Of a stretch of DNA of 64,000 bases, positions 9,601-16,870 are shown piece after piece. The stretch covers positions 218,023 to 282,022 of the forward strand of contig JACKHW010000005.1 of assembly GCA_020638795.1 (NCBI GenBank), given 5' to 3'. Within the stretch, counting starts at the first letter, position 1. Every line of letters starts with the position of its first letter. Both the position numbers and the translations under genes were made by a program. The DNA comes from Planctomycetota bacterium. GTDB lineage: Bacteria; Planctomycetota; UBA1135; GCA-002748355. The notes below the pieces were generated by a model that had not been told where the DNA came from, did not search any database, and saw nothing but the letters and a program-made list of their open reading frames with translations.

Positions 9601-10677
9601 CCAGAACATCACGAACAGCAAGAACGCCATCGCCGCGACGATCGCGAGCACCCACTCGAGGTTGCGCTGCCCGAGCCACCAGGGACGAACCAGTCGCGAA
9701 TCGGCGCGGTACTGAATGCCCGACGATTCGTCGACGAGGAAGAGTCCTCTTCCATCGTCCGCACTCCGGGGACCACGCAAGCGACCCAAATCCGCGAAAC
9801 CCGGCACGGGCAGCGGCGCGACAAAGCCCTGGACCCCCGACTCGCTCGGGTGCAACCACGTGTGGAAGAGTCGACGCCGTCCGCTCTCGAAGCGTCGCAC
9901 GAAGTAGAGCACCTCGCCCCGCGCGTCGAAGCTGCAATCGCGATCGAAGAACGTCGGATACGGACCGTCGTCGCCGATGTCGTCGAAGACCTCGTGCACC
10001 TCGACATCACGAGACGCTAGCGATCCGAGATACAGCACACCGTGCGCTCCGCGCGCGATCTCCGGATCGCGGCGCGAGAACGCGATCTGTACACCATCCG
10101 GATGCGGCGCCGGATCGGTCTCGTCGAGCGGCGTGTTGATTCCCGCGGGCAATGGCCGGACGTCGTCGAAGCCGCGACCGTTCCATCGCGCGGACCACAG
10201 GTCGAAGCCGCCGGCTCCACCAGGACGGTCGGACGCGAAGTACAGACGACCGTCGATCCCGAACGCCGGCGCGAGGTCGTGCGAAGGACCGTCGATCGAC
10301 GCGATCATCTCCGGCTCGAGCCTTGGCCGCTCGGGATCGAAGATGACGAGTTCGGTCTCGGCGCCAATCGGCGTGCCGCACTTGCGGGCGTACAAGATGC
10401 GCCCGTCGGGCAACGCACACGTGCGCCCGCGAATGTCACCTGTCAATTCGGTGGCCGGCATCGGCGTATCGAAGACGAGCATCGACGCGTCGCGCAGCGT
10501 CGTCGCATTGCGTGGGGACACGCCACTCGAGTACCAGATCGGTCGCCCCGAACGCAGCATGACGAGCCCGAGCAGCGCGACGAAGAAGACTAGGAGCGCA
10601 GCGAGCGCGAAGATGCGGCGCTTCTTGCTCCTGGGCGGTCTCTTGCCCTTGGTCTCGTTCGCGTTCTTCTTGGCCAT
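6604..10677 (-). CDS. Giant envelope protein: N-terminal TM, PD40/TolB-like beta-propeller, two TM helices, long Ala/Pro/Arg-rich linker and a C-terminal prenyltransferase/squalene-oxidase-repeat (alpha/alpha toroid) domain
   Basis: 1357 aa. TM1 is IFALAALLVFFVALLGLVML. PD40-type repeats include DGRLYFASDRPGGAGGFDLWSARW. TM2/3 are WVLAIVAAMAFLLFVMFWLG and CLLASLLIHLLLLLWLM. The low-complexity linker spans about residues 400-890. C-terminal repeats are LRYLAKIQRDDGGWG and EQQRDGG...GGWGYY. Confidence 0.85.
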   Translation of the reverse strand: MAKKNANETKGKRPPRSKKRRIFALAALLVFFVALLGLVMLRSGRPIWYSSGVSPRNATTLRDASMLVFDTPMPATELTGDIRGRTCALPDGRILYARKCGTPIGAETELVIFDPERPRLEPEMIASIDGPSHDLAPAFGIDGRLYFASDRPGGAGGFDLWSARWNGRGFDDVRPLPAGINTPLDETDPAPHPDGVQIAFSRRDPEIARGAHGVLYLGSLASRDVEVHEVFDDIGDDGPYPTFFDRDCSFDARGEVLYFVRRFESGRRRLFHTWLHPSESGVQGFVAPLPVPGFADLGRLRGPRSADDGRGLFLVDESSGIQYRADSRLVRPWWLGQRNLEWVLAIVAAMAFLLFVMFWLGGRWTALDVITQCLLASLLIHLLLLLWLMRVEIVRTFLPPVPEVGDRVEVRLMSSAELTGERAPDEAPARAESDLGQRREFEGFERDLAPVVPQTSVATAARDGQERAEFLADRSRELTTEVAKLDAPTTEARAVTEELPKFAPKSGQDTTVAPDAIATTAEQAKTEAADPQRAAERAVIEVAIPSASTLADATPKSGETAARSVPAASRDVRAQEPVAIAIPTVETDSAFEAVEAKLGMNADPAMARPAAASTSTARLETVPDAERVADSKARDLEQQANLPAPDAVLSGVTSKRPGPERMARVAPAVTQRELSAREPQLRDTPDANRVASAKGRAKSDETGEALTAKAATIQRASSEVVTAAANKAEAERPVDDIAAEIAPPSTDFAKPRTRRAPPARTRDGRPLVANGPRPGLAPAIAVDTPVDTGAIADAPKPGTALDESRVTARELVTKADEARAAVAQPQRALDAQPAPSFVEGASVAPPEFDLAKPRVVRVGGRSERVARARPMSSRRVSVPATAVAVNAPIASRAVPIRRATEGPPSVSVERVALPRIQKVETLPSSPVAMLGDERRRDGLDAGSVLPPSTQVDRAQRRVRVVPVTEKKPAEVSLYANRFGKKKVEALARFGGTEETELAVQKGLRYLAKIQRDDGGWGEEDDYDEKYGEVRVGKSALCLLAFLGAGNLPPTIPAPGQDGDPVGKGQYATNVARAIRFLLASQDEDTGHFGRSSSYSHGITTYALAECYALTKLPWLQKPLSHAVDWILEQQRDGGPRHSRGGWGYYSPTLKPEDPYSRASVSSWQIMALESARRSGLDVPERALAMAKGFLLEMFDDRYGYFLYTKEPQRLQMTWRTLPASTPASVFCLLLLGQDPEDPRIETGLRFTTDRRIEKYARASDDDFVQRGAGNPYFWYYGTLACFFRGGDAWRLWNEKLRVELPRGQSSDGSFAPVGAYARYAKDTRKDRSYTTAMCVLSLEVYYRYFTPLLEKRGGKVR

Positions 10678-10704
10678 CGTGGACTCCCCCGAACCCCTCG
10701 TTCG

Positions 10705-11121
10705 TCAGCGTCCGTTCGCTCGTGGTGTCGCGCCGATCGCGATCTGACGTAACGGTGCGGCACGACACGCGTCGAGCACGCGCGCGACGACGCCGAACTG
10801 CGTGTTGGTATCGCCGCGGATCAACACTTCTTGTCCCTCGTTGCGCTTGGCCGCACTGCGCAGCATTTGCTCGAGGACCGGCATGCGGATCTCCTTGCCG
10901 TCGACGGTCAGCGCGCCGTTCTCGAGCACGTTGATGATGATCGGGCGTGCGTCCTTCTTGGTCGTGCCGGTCGTCGCGTCGGGCAGACGGAGATCCATCT
11001 CGACCTCTTCCTTGCGGAACGTCGTCGCGACGAGGAAGAAGATGAGCAACAAGAAGACGATGTCGATCAGCGGCGTGAGGTTGGGTGTCGCGTCGACTTC
11101 TTCACCCAGATCAAGCCGCAT
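10705..11121 (-). CDS. exbD: ExbD/TolR family biopolymer transport protein
   Basis: 138 aa with a single TM and the family motif NLTPLIDIVFLLLIFFLV. It overlaps the upstream exbB-like gene by 11 nt. Confidence 0.9.
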   Translation of the reverse strand: MRLDLGEEVDATPNLTPLIDIVFLLLIFFLVATTFRKEEVEMDLRLPDATTGTTKKDARPIIINVLENGALTVDGKEIRMPVLEQMLRSAAKRNEGQEVLIRGDTNTQFGVVARVLDACRAAPLRQIAIGATPRANGR

Positions 11122-11785
11122 CGCGAATCTCCGGCTTGCCCGCGAGACGCTCGACCCACGGTGCGAGCCGCTCGTCGCACGCGAGCATCAGGCGACGCGA
11201 CTTGCCCGAGAAGTGCGCTGCGATGAGCATCGTCGGGATCGCGACGCAGAGCCCCGCGATCGTCGTGACGAGAGCGACTTCGATCCCGGACGCCAACATC
11301 TCCGGCTCCCCCATCTTCGTCTTGACGACGCGATGGAACGCTTCCTGGATCCCGAGCACCGTGCCGAGCAGACCGAGCAGGGGCGCGACGCCCGCGATGA
11401 GGTGGAGCGTGCGGTTGTTGCCGCGGAGCTTCTCGAGTTCCTTGTGCGCTTGGTCCTCCATCGCGACCTCGACCGCGCGCACCGGATGACCCTGGCGACG
11501 CATACCTGCGAGAAGGATGCGGGAGGCGGGCGCGTTCATCTCTTCGAGGATCGTCTTGGCGCCTTCGTGGTCGCCGGCACCGAGCTTCGCTTCGGCCTCT
11601 TCGAGACGTGCCGGAATCACGCGCGAGCGCGTCAGTGTGCGCAAGCGTTCGAGCGTGAACGCGACCGCGACGAGCGAACAGAGCGCGATCGGGATCATGA
11701 CCGGCCCGCCAGAACTCAGGAAGTCCCAGACGGTCTGCACCGTGGTCTCGGTCTGCAACCGTGCGATCGAAAGAAGCGACGTCAT
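11111..11785 (-). CDS. exbB: MotA/TolQ/ExbB proton-channel protein
   Basis: 224 aa with three TM segments and a conserved C-terminal region, LGLLGTVLGIQEAF...GIEVALVTTIAGLCVAIP. Confidence 0.9.
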   Translation of the reverse strand: MTSLLSIARLQTETTVQTVWDFLSSGGPVMIPIALCSLVAVAFTLERLRTLTRSRVIPARLEEAEAKLGAGDHEGAKTILEEMNAPASRILLAGMRRQGHPVRAVEVAMEDQAHKELEKLRGNNRTLHLIAGVAPLLGLLGTVLGIQEAFHRVVKTKMGEPEMLASGIEVALVTTIAGLCVAIPTMLIAAHFSGKSRRLMLACDERLAPWVERLAGKPEIRDAA

Positions 11786-11837
11786 CTTTGGTATCCGGTG
11801 CCTTGGTTCTTCGTGTCGATTGCGCGCGGAGCGACGA

Positions 11838-14800
11838 TCATCCGCTCAGCTTCTCGAGCAGGTTGCGCGCGGCTTTCGCGGAGTCGGACTTGGCGAAACG
11901 CTCGACGAGTTCGTTCAAGAGCTTCCTGGCCTTCTCCTTCTGGTCCTGCGCGAGGTAGCCCTCGGCAGAAGCGAGCAAGCCCTTCTGTACCCACTCGGGT
12001 TGACCGTAGAGGATCGAGAGCTTGAGCCAGGCGTCGATCGCGCCGTCGAGATCGCCCGCGTCGCGGCGCGCTTCGCCGATGCGATACTGCGCTTCGGCTC
12101 CGAGGGGGCCGTCGGAGAGTTTCGTCGCGGCTTCGAACGAGGCCACCGCGGCGTCCCAGTCCTTGCGAAGCGCACGCGCGCGACCGAGCCACAGCGCCGC
12201 CCGCGCACGATCACCTGCGGGCGCATCCTTGCTGCCGAGGATCCACTCCTCGAGGGAGCGAATCGCGGCGGCAGCGCGCCCGTCTTCGAGATCGACGTGT
12301 CCGAGGTGAAGCTTCGCCATTGGCGCGCGCGCGCCGGCGGCGTTGCGCTCGAGCAACTTGACGAACGCGTCGCGCGCCCGATTGCGATCGTCGCGCCGAT
12401 ACGCGCACTCACCCGCGAAGAAGAGCGCTTCGTCATAGAGCGACTGCGCCTCGTCTGGCCCGAGCGCGAGGATGCGTTCGAAGAGCCCGGCGGCACCTTC
12501 GAGATCACCGCGTTCGAAACGCGAGAACCCGAGGCGGTACAGCGCTTGTGCTCGATAGCGTCCTTCGGTGGCCTGGAGGAGTTCGGCCGCGCGTGCGTCG
12601 GCCTGCTTCTGCTCTGCGTCACTCAGCGCCGCTGCGGCGTTCTTCGGGCCGCCAGTGGCTCCGTTGGCTCCGTTCCCCGCCGCGTCGCCGTCGAGTTTCG
12701 CGAGTTCGGCAACACCGAGGTGGAGCTTGGCCTCACCGACGAGTTCGACGTCCTTGCTGCTCTCAGCGACCTGCGCGAACGCGGCGAGGGCGCCCTTCTC
12801 GTCGTTCTGCTTGCGGCGTGCCCATGCGAGTTCGTACCAGAGTCGGTCGGGGCGCTCGAGGCCTTGGACCGCTTTACCGTCCTTCGCGAGATCTTCGAGG
12901 GTCGCGAGTGCCTCCGCATTGCGATCGCGGCGAGCGAGGGCGACGCCGAGCGCGTAACGCATCTCGGCCGCGCGTGGATGCTTCGGGAAGCGATTCAGGA
13001 ACGTGCGCGCCGCGATCTCGGCCTTGTCGAACTGCTTTGCGCGATGGTGCAACGACGACACGAGTTCGAGCATCGAGGGCGCACCATCGCCGATCTGCGG
13101 ATGTGCGATGGCAGCATCGACGTAGCGTGCGCAGTCCTCGTCGTTGCCGAGTTCGAACGCGCACCACGCGAGCCCTTGCAACGCTTTGGCACCGACTTCG
13201 GACTTCTCGCCTGCGATCGCCTGGTACGCTTTCGCCGCGCCTTCGAAGTCACCGCGACGGAACGAAAGCTCGCCCATCTGCAGGCGGTCGGCTTCTTGCT
13301 GACCAGTGTCCTTTTCGGCGGCAGCCGCGCGCGCGACGCGTGCGGTCGCGGCCTCGAGCTGTTCTCTTCCGGCGAGCACCTGCGCGGCGACGCGCTCGGT
13401 GCGCGCGAGGTAGGTGCCGCTCGGGTGCCTGGCGAGGTAGCGATCGGCGGCCATCAGCGCGCGGTCCCCGTCGCCTGCACGGAAGCTCGCGAGTGCGGCG
13501 AGGGAGAGCGCTTCTTCGGCGAACGGACTCTCGTCGCCCGCGACGGCCTCGAAACGCTTGGCTGCCTCGGCGACGTTGCCCGCGAGGTACGCGCACCACG
13601 CGTGCTTGAACGCGGCGCGCTTCGCGAGTTCGTGTCCACCGGGGATCTTCGCGTAGTCGGCCTCGGCCTCGACGTACTTCTTCATCGCAAAGAGCCCTTC
13701 CGCCCGCGCGAAGCGAGCCTGCACCGCGAGGCGATGCTCGGGCAACGTATCGACGACGCGCCCTGCCATGCGGACCGACGCCGCGTGCTCGCCAAGCTCG
13801 TGCAACGCGACCGATGCGCCGTACAGCGCATCACCCGCGAGCGCATCGTCCTTGGATCCGAGCGCGGCATTGGCGGCGACGCCGTAGGCATCCGCCGCCT
13901 CGCGCCATTCGCTCAGCTCACTCGTCGCTTCACCGAGATCGAACGCGATGCGCGCCTTCGTCTGGATGTCGAGGTCGCCTTGCAAGGCTTTGCGGAACGA
14001 AACGCGTGCGTCCTTCGCTTTGCCGGCATCGAGCTGCGCGAGACCCAGGATCTCGAGGCCGCGAAGCCGCGACGCCCCGTCGAGGTCCTCACGCGCGAGC
14101 AATCGGTCGAGCGTCGTGATCGCGGGAGCCGTCTTGCCGAGCTGCCAGTAGATCGCTCCCTGTTCGAGCGCGGCGCCGATCGCGAGCGGGGATTCGGGGT
14201 GCTTCTCGGTGACAATGCCGAACGCGGCGGCTGCATTTTCGAGATCGTCGAGGCGGAGCTTGGACCACGCGAGACCACTGCGAGCCTCGGCGACGTGCGG
14301 GCCACCGGCCTGGATCGCGGCCTCGTAGTCGTCGATCGCGCGCTGCCACGCGCCGGCGCGGAAGGCCGACTCTCCCGCCAAGAACTGGCACTCCGCGCAC
14401 GCTTCGTGCCCCTGGAAGCGGCGCGCGGCCTCTTCGAAGCACGACGCTGCGCCCGCAGGATCGTCGAGCGAGGTCAGCACGAACCCGGCTTGATAGAGGG
14501 CGGGCATCCCGAACGTGCCTGCGGGGTCCTTCTCGGCCTTTGCCGCTTCGAGGAAGATCGCGACGGCTTGCTTCGGCTTACCGGCGTCGCGCAGGCATTC
14601 GCCGAGCGCGTATTGACCGGCGAGTCGGAGGTAATGGCCCGCCTCGACTTCGTCGACGAGCGCCTGGAGCTGTTGCGCGGCCTCGGAGAACTTCTTCTGC
14701 TGCTGCCGCAGCTTGCCGACGCGGTAGCGGCATTCGGGCCGGAACCGCAACCCCGGAGTCTCGAGCGCTGCGAGATACGCGTCGATCGCGCGATCGACGT

Positions 14801-15050
14801 TGCCGAGTTTTTCCTCGCAGCCCCCGAGCCGATAGCGCGCCTCGGGCGCGAGCGGGTGTCGAGGAGCGTCACGAAGGAAGAGTCCGAACTGCCTCGCCGC
14901 GTCGTCCCAGAGTTCTCGCTGCAGGAGGCCGATGGCCACGTCGAAGCGCTCGCGCGCCTTGTCCTGCGACCGGAGCGACGGTTGCAACGCGAAGAACGGC
15001 AGTGAGATAGCGGCGACGACGGTCCACGTCGCCGAAACGGGAGACTGCAT
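11838..15050 (-). CDS. Large secreted/periplasmic tetratricopeptide (TPR) repeat protein
   Basis: ATG at 15050 is preceded by GGAGGAAAGGA on the minus strand. The N-terminus MQSPVSATWTVVAAISLPFFAL looks like a signal peptide. Dozens of TPR-like A/L/Y/G repeats run along the length. The track start at 15230 is a TTG with no RBS. Confidence 0.85.
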   Translation of the reverse strand: MQSPVSATWTVVAAISLPFFALQPSLRSQDKARERFDVAIGLLQRELWDDAARQFGLFLRDAPRHPLAPEARYRLGGCEEKLGNVDRAIDAYLAALETPGLRFRPECRYRVGKLRQQQKKFSEAAQQLQALVDEVEAGHYLRLAGQYALGECLRDAGKPKQAVAIFLEAAKAEKDPAGTFGMPALYQAGFVLTSLDDPAGAASCFEEAARRFQGHEACAECQFLAGESAFRAGAWQRAIDDYEAAIQAGGPHVAEARSGLAWSKLRLDDLENAAAAFGIVTEKHPESPLAIGAALEQGAIYWQLGKTAPAITTLDRLLAREDLDGASRLRGLEILGLAQLDAGKAKDARVSFRKALQGDLDIQTKARIAFDLGEATSELSEWREAADAYGVAANAALGSKDDALAGDALYGASVALHELGEHAASVRMAGRVVDTLPEHRLAVQARFARAEGLFAMKKYVEAEADYAKIPGGHELAKRAAFKHAWCAYLAGNVAEAAKRFEAVAGDESPFAEEALSLAALASFRAGDGDRALMAADRYLARHPSGTYLARTERVAAQVLAGREQLEAATARVARAAAAEKDTGQQEADRLQMGELSFRRGDFEGAAKAYQAIAGEKSEVGAKALQGLAWCAFELGNDEDCARYVDAAIAHPQIGDGAPSMLELVSSLHHRAKQFDKAEIAARTFLNRFPKHPRAAEMRYALGVALARRDRNAEALATLEDLAKDGKAVQGLERPDRLWYELAWARRKQNDEKGALAAFAQVAESSKDVELVGEAKLHLGVAELAKLDGDAAGNGANGATGGPKNAAAALSDAEQKQADARAAELLQATEGRYRAQALYRLGFSRFERGDLEGAAGLFERILALGPDEAQSLYDEALFFAGECAYRRDDRNRARDAFVKLLERNAAGARAPMAKLHLGHVDLEDGRAAAAIRSLEEWILGSKDAPAGDRARAALWLGRARALRKDWDAAVASFEAATKLSDGPLGAEAQYRIGEARRDAGDLDGAIDAWLKLSILYGQPEWVQKGLLASAEGYLAQDQKEKARKLLNELVERFAKSDSAKAARNLLEKLSG

Positions 15051-15313
15051 TCCTTTCCTCCGATCAGGCCGAGCAGTGGGCGCTCGGTATTTCCGCCTTG
15101 CCGGGCAGAGGCAGCCGACTGTGGCTGGAGCCTTTCGCGAGTATTGTACGAAACGAACCGGGCCCGAGTTCGATCCAGATCCGAACTCCCGTGACGTCCG
15201 CGCCGCCGAAGTTCCGGCGTGCGCGTGCAATCCCGGAAGATTCCGATCTCATCGCGAATTGCCCATGCCGGCGCTTGCTCTCGGCCCCGATCGGCAATGG
15301 ACTGGTGTCCGAT

Positions 15314-16870
15314 ATGTTGCGTACGCTTTCCCGGATCACGGTCGCTGCCTCCGTCCTCGCTGCTTGTGCCTGGGCGTCGTGGACTCTGACGTCGATGACA
15401 CTCGGGCGCGCGGCGCCCCGAACGCCCGCACCGGCGGGAAACTCCGCCGGCGCTGCGGGAACGCTGTCCAAAGTGGTCCCGGTGCCGCAGGACGTCGCCC
15501 AGGACGAGGGCTCGCAGCAAGATCGTTTGCGGAGCACGCACAAGCCCGCTGCGGTCGACAGTATTCGCATCACGCCGGTCGTCCGTGCCGTGCAGAAGGC
15601 GGCGCCTTCGGTCCTCAACATCCAGGTCGGCGACATCGTGCGCACGACACAGGGGCCCGCGTTCCGGAAGCTCGGAGAAGGCTCGGGCGTGATCGTGAGC
15701 GAAGAGGGTCTCGTCCTCACCAATTGGCACGTCGTGCGGTTCAAGGAGCAACTCGGCAACGCGTTCGAATGTCGCGTCAAGCTGCGGGACGATCAGCAGT
15801 TTCCGGCGCGCGTGATCAACACGTCCCGCGAGAACGACCTCGCCTTGCTGCTCATTTCGCCCGAGGACGGCGTCTCGCATCGCTTCCCGCCGATCGAAAT
15901 GGGCGACTCGGACTCGCTGATGATCGGCGAGACCGTGATCGCGATCGGGAATCCGCGCGGGCAGGTCAACACCGTGACGACCGGCGTGCTGTCAGCCGTC
16001 GGAAGGTCGCTATCGGTACAACCGCGCGGCGAACGACGTCCGATCCAGTTCGACATGCTCCTGCAGCACGATGCGGCGATCAACCCGGGCAACTCCGGCG
16101 GTGGACTCGTCGACTTGACCGGCAAGCTCATCGGCATCAACACTCTGATGCAGGCCGAGTCGCAGAACATCAACTTCGCGATCCCGGTCAATCACGTCCG
16201 CACGATCTTCGAGCAGAACCTGCTCAACGTGTCCCGGCTCGCGATCTGGTTCGGCATCGAAACCGCGGCGCGAGACGGGCGCTTCGCGATCACGCGCGTC
16301 ATGCCGTCGAGCCCCGCGGCTCGCGCTGGCCTTCAGGTCGGGGACGCGATCGACCAAGTCGGAGAGCGAAAGACGGTCGACGACAAGTCGTTCGCGACTG
16401 CGCTCATCACCTATCGGGTCGGACAGCGCGTGCCGTTCTTGGTCGAGCGAGCTGGCGCCCAGGATTGGAAGTACGTCGACGCGTGGAGCCGGAGCGCGGG
16501 CACGATCCTCGACGTCGCTGGGTGCGTCGTCGAGACGGTCGACAAGGTCCGTGAGCGCAACGTGTATCGCAACGTTCTGTCGGATCTGATCGAGATCTAT
16601 CGATTCGGCGGCGGCAACTTCGACGTGCTACGCGTGACCGAACTCGAAGAGGACGGTCCCGCTGCCAAGTTCGGTCTTCGCGAAGGCGACTACATCGTCG
16701 GCTACATCGTCGAGTCGGACGACTACGAGACATGGTTGCCGCTGACCGGGGACATCGCACAACTCGCGTCGCTTCTCCAAGCTACGGGTGACGGTCGTTC
16801 GCCCCGCCTGTCGGTTTGGCGCCAGAAGGACGGGCTGCTCTCGGGCCGGATGATCGTGCGGAAGCGCTGA
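15314..16870 (+). CDS. HtrA/DegP-family trypsin-like serine protease with two PDZ-like domains
   Basis: ATG at 15314 gives a membrane-anchor/signal N-terminus, MLRTLSRITVAASVLAACAWASW. Triad motifs are LTNWHVV (His), NDLALLLI (Asp) and INPGNSGGGL (Ser). PDZ segment is VMPSSPAARAGLQVGDAI. Confidence 0.85.
   Translation: MLRTLSRITVAASVLAACAWASWTLTSMTLGRAAPRTPAPAGNSAGAAGTLSKVVPVPQDVAQDEGSQQDRLRSTHKPAAVDSIRITPVVRAVQKAAPSVLNIQVGDIVRTTQGPAFRKLGEGSGVIVSEEGLVLTNWHVVRFKEQLGNAFECRVKLRDDQQFPARVINTSRENDLALLLISPEDGVSHRFPPIEMGDSDSLMIGETVIAIGNPRGQVNTVTTGVLSAVGRSLSVQPRGERRPIQFDMLLQHDAAINPGNSGGGLVDLTGKLIGINTLMQAESQNINFAIPVNHVRTIFEQNLLNVSRLAIWFGIETAARDGRFAITRVMPSSPAARAGLQVGDAIDQVGERKTVDDKSFATALITYRVGQRVPFLVERAGAQDWKYVDAWSRSAGTILDVAGCVVETVDKVRERNVYRNVLSDLIEIYRFGGGNFDVLRVTELEEDGPAAKFGLREGDYIVGYIVESDDYETWLPLTGDIAQLASLLQATGDGRSPRLSVWRQKDGLLSGRMIVRKR

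Noticed and set aside
11517-15005. 1162-aa + strand ORF
   Set aside because: It is antisense to the TPR gene. The product is Glu/Arg/Leu-rich low-complexity sequence with no motifs. The minus strand has clear TPR repeats, a signal peptide and a strong RBS. This is a typical shadow ORF of GC-rich DNA.
15193-15215. ECF-like GGAAC...CGTC motif on the minus strand upstream of the TPR operon
   Set aside because: The spacer is only 14 nt, against the usual 16-17, and the motif lies about 140 nt from the start codon. That is too weak to call.
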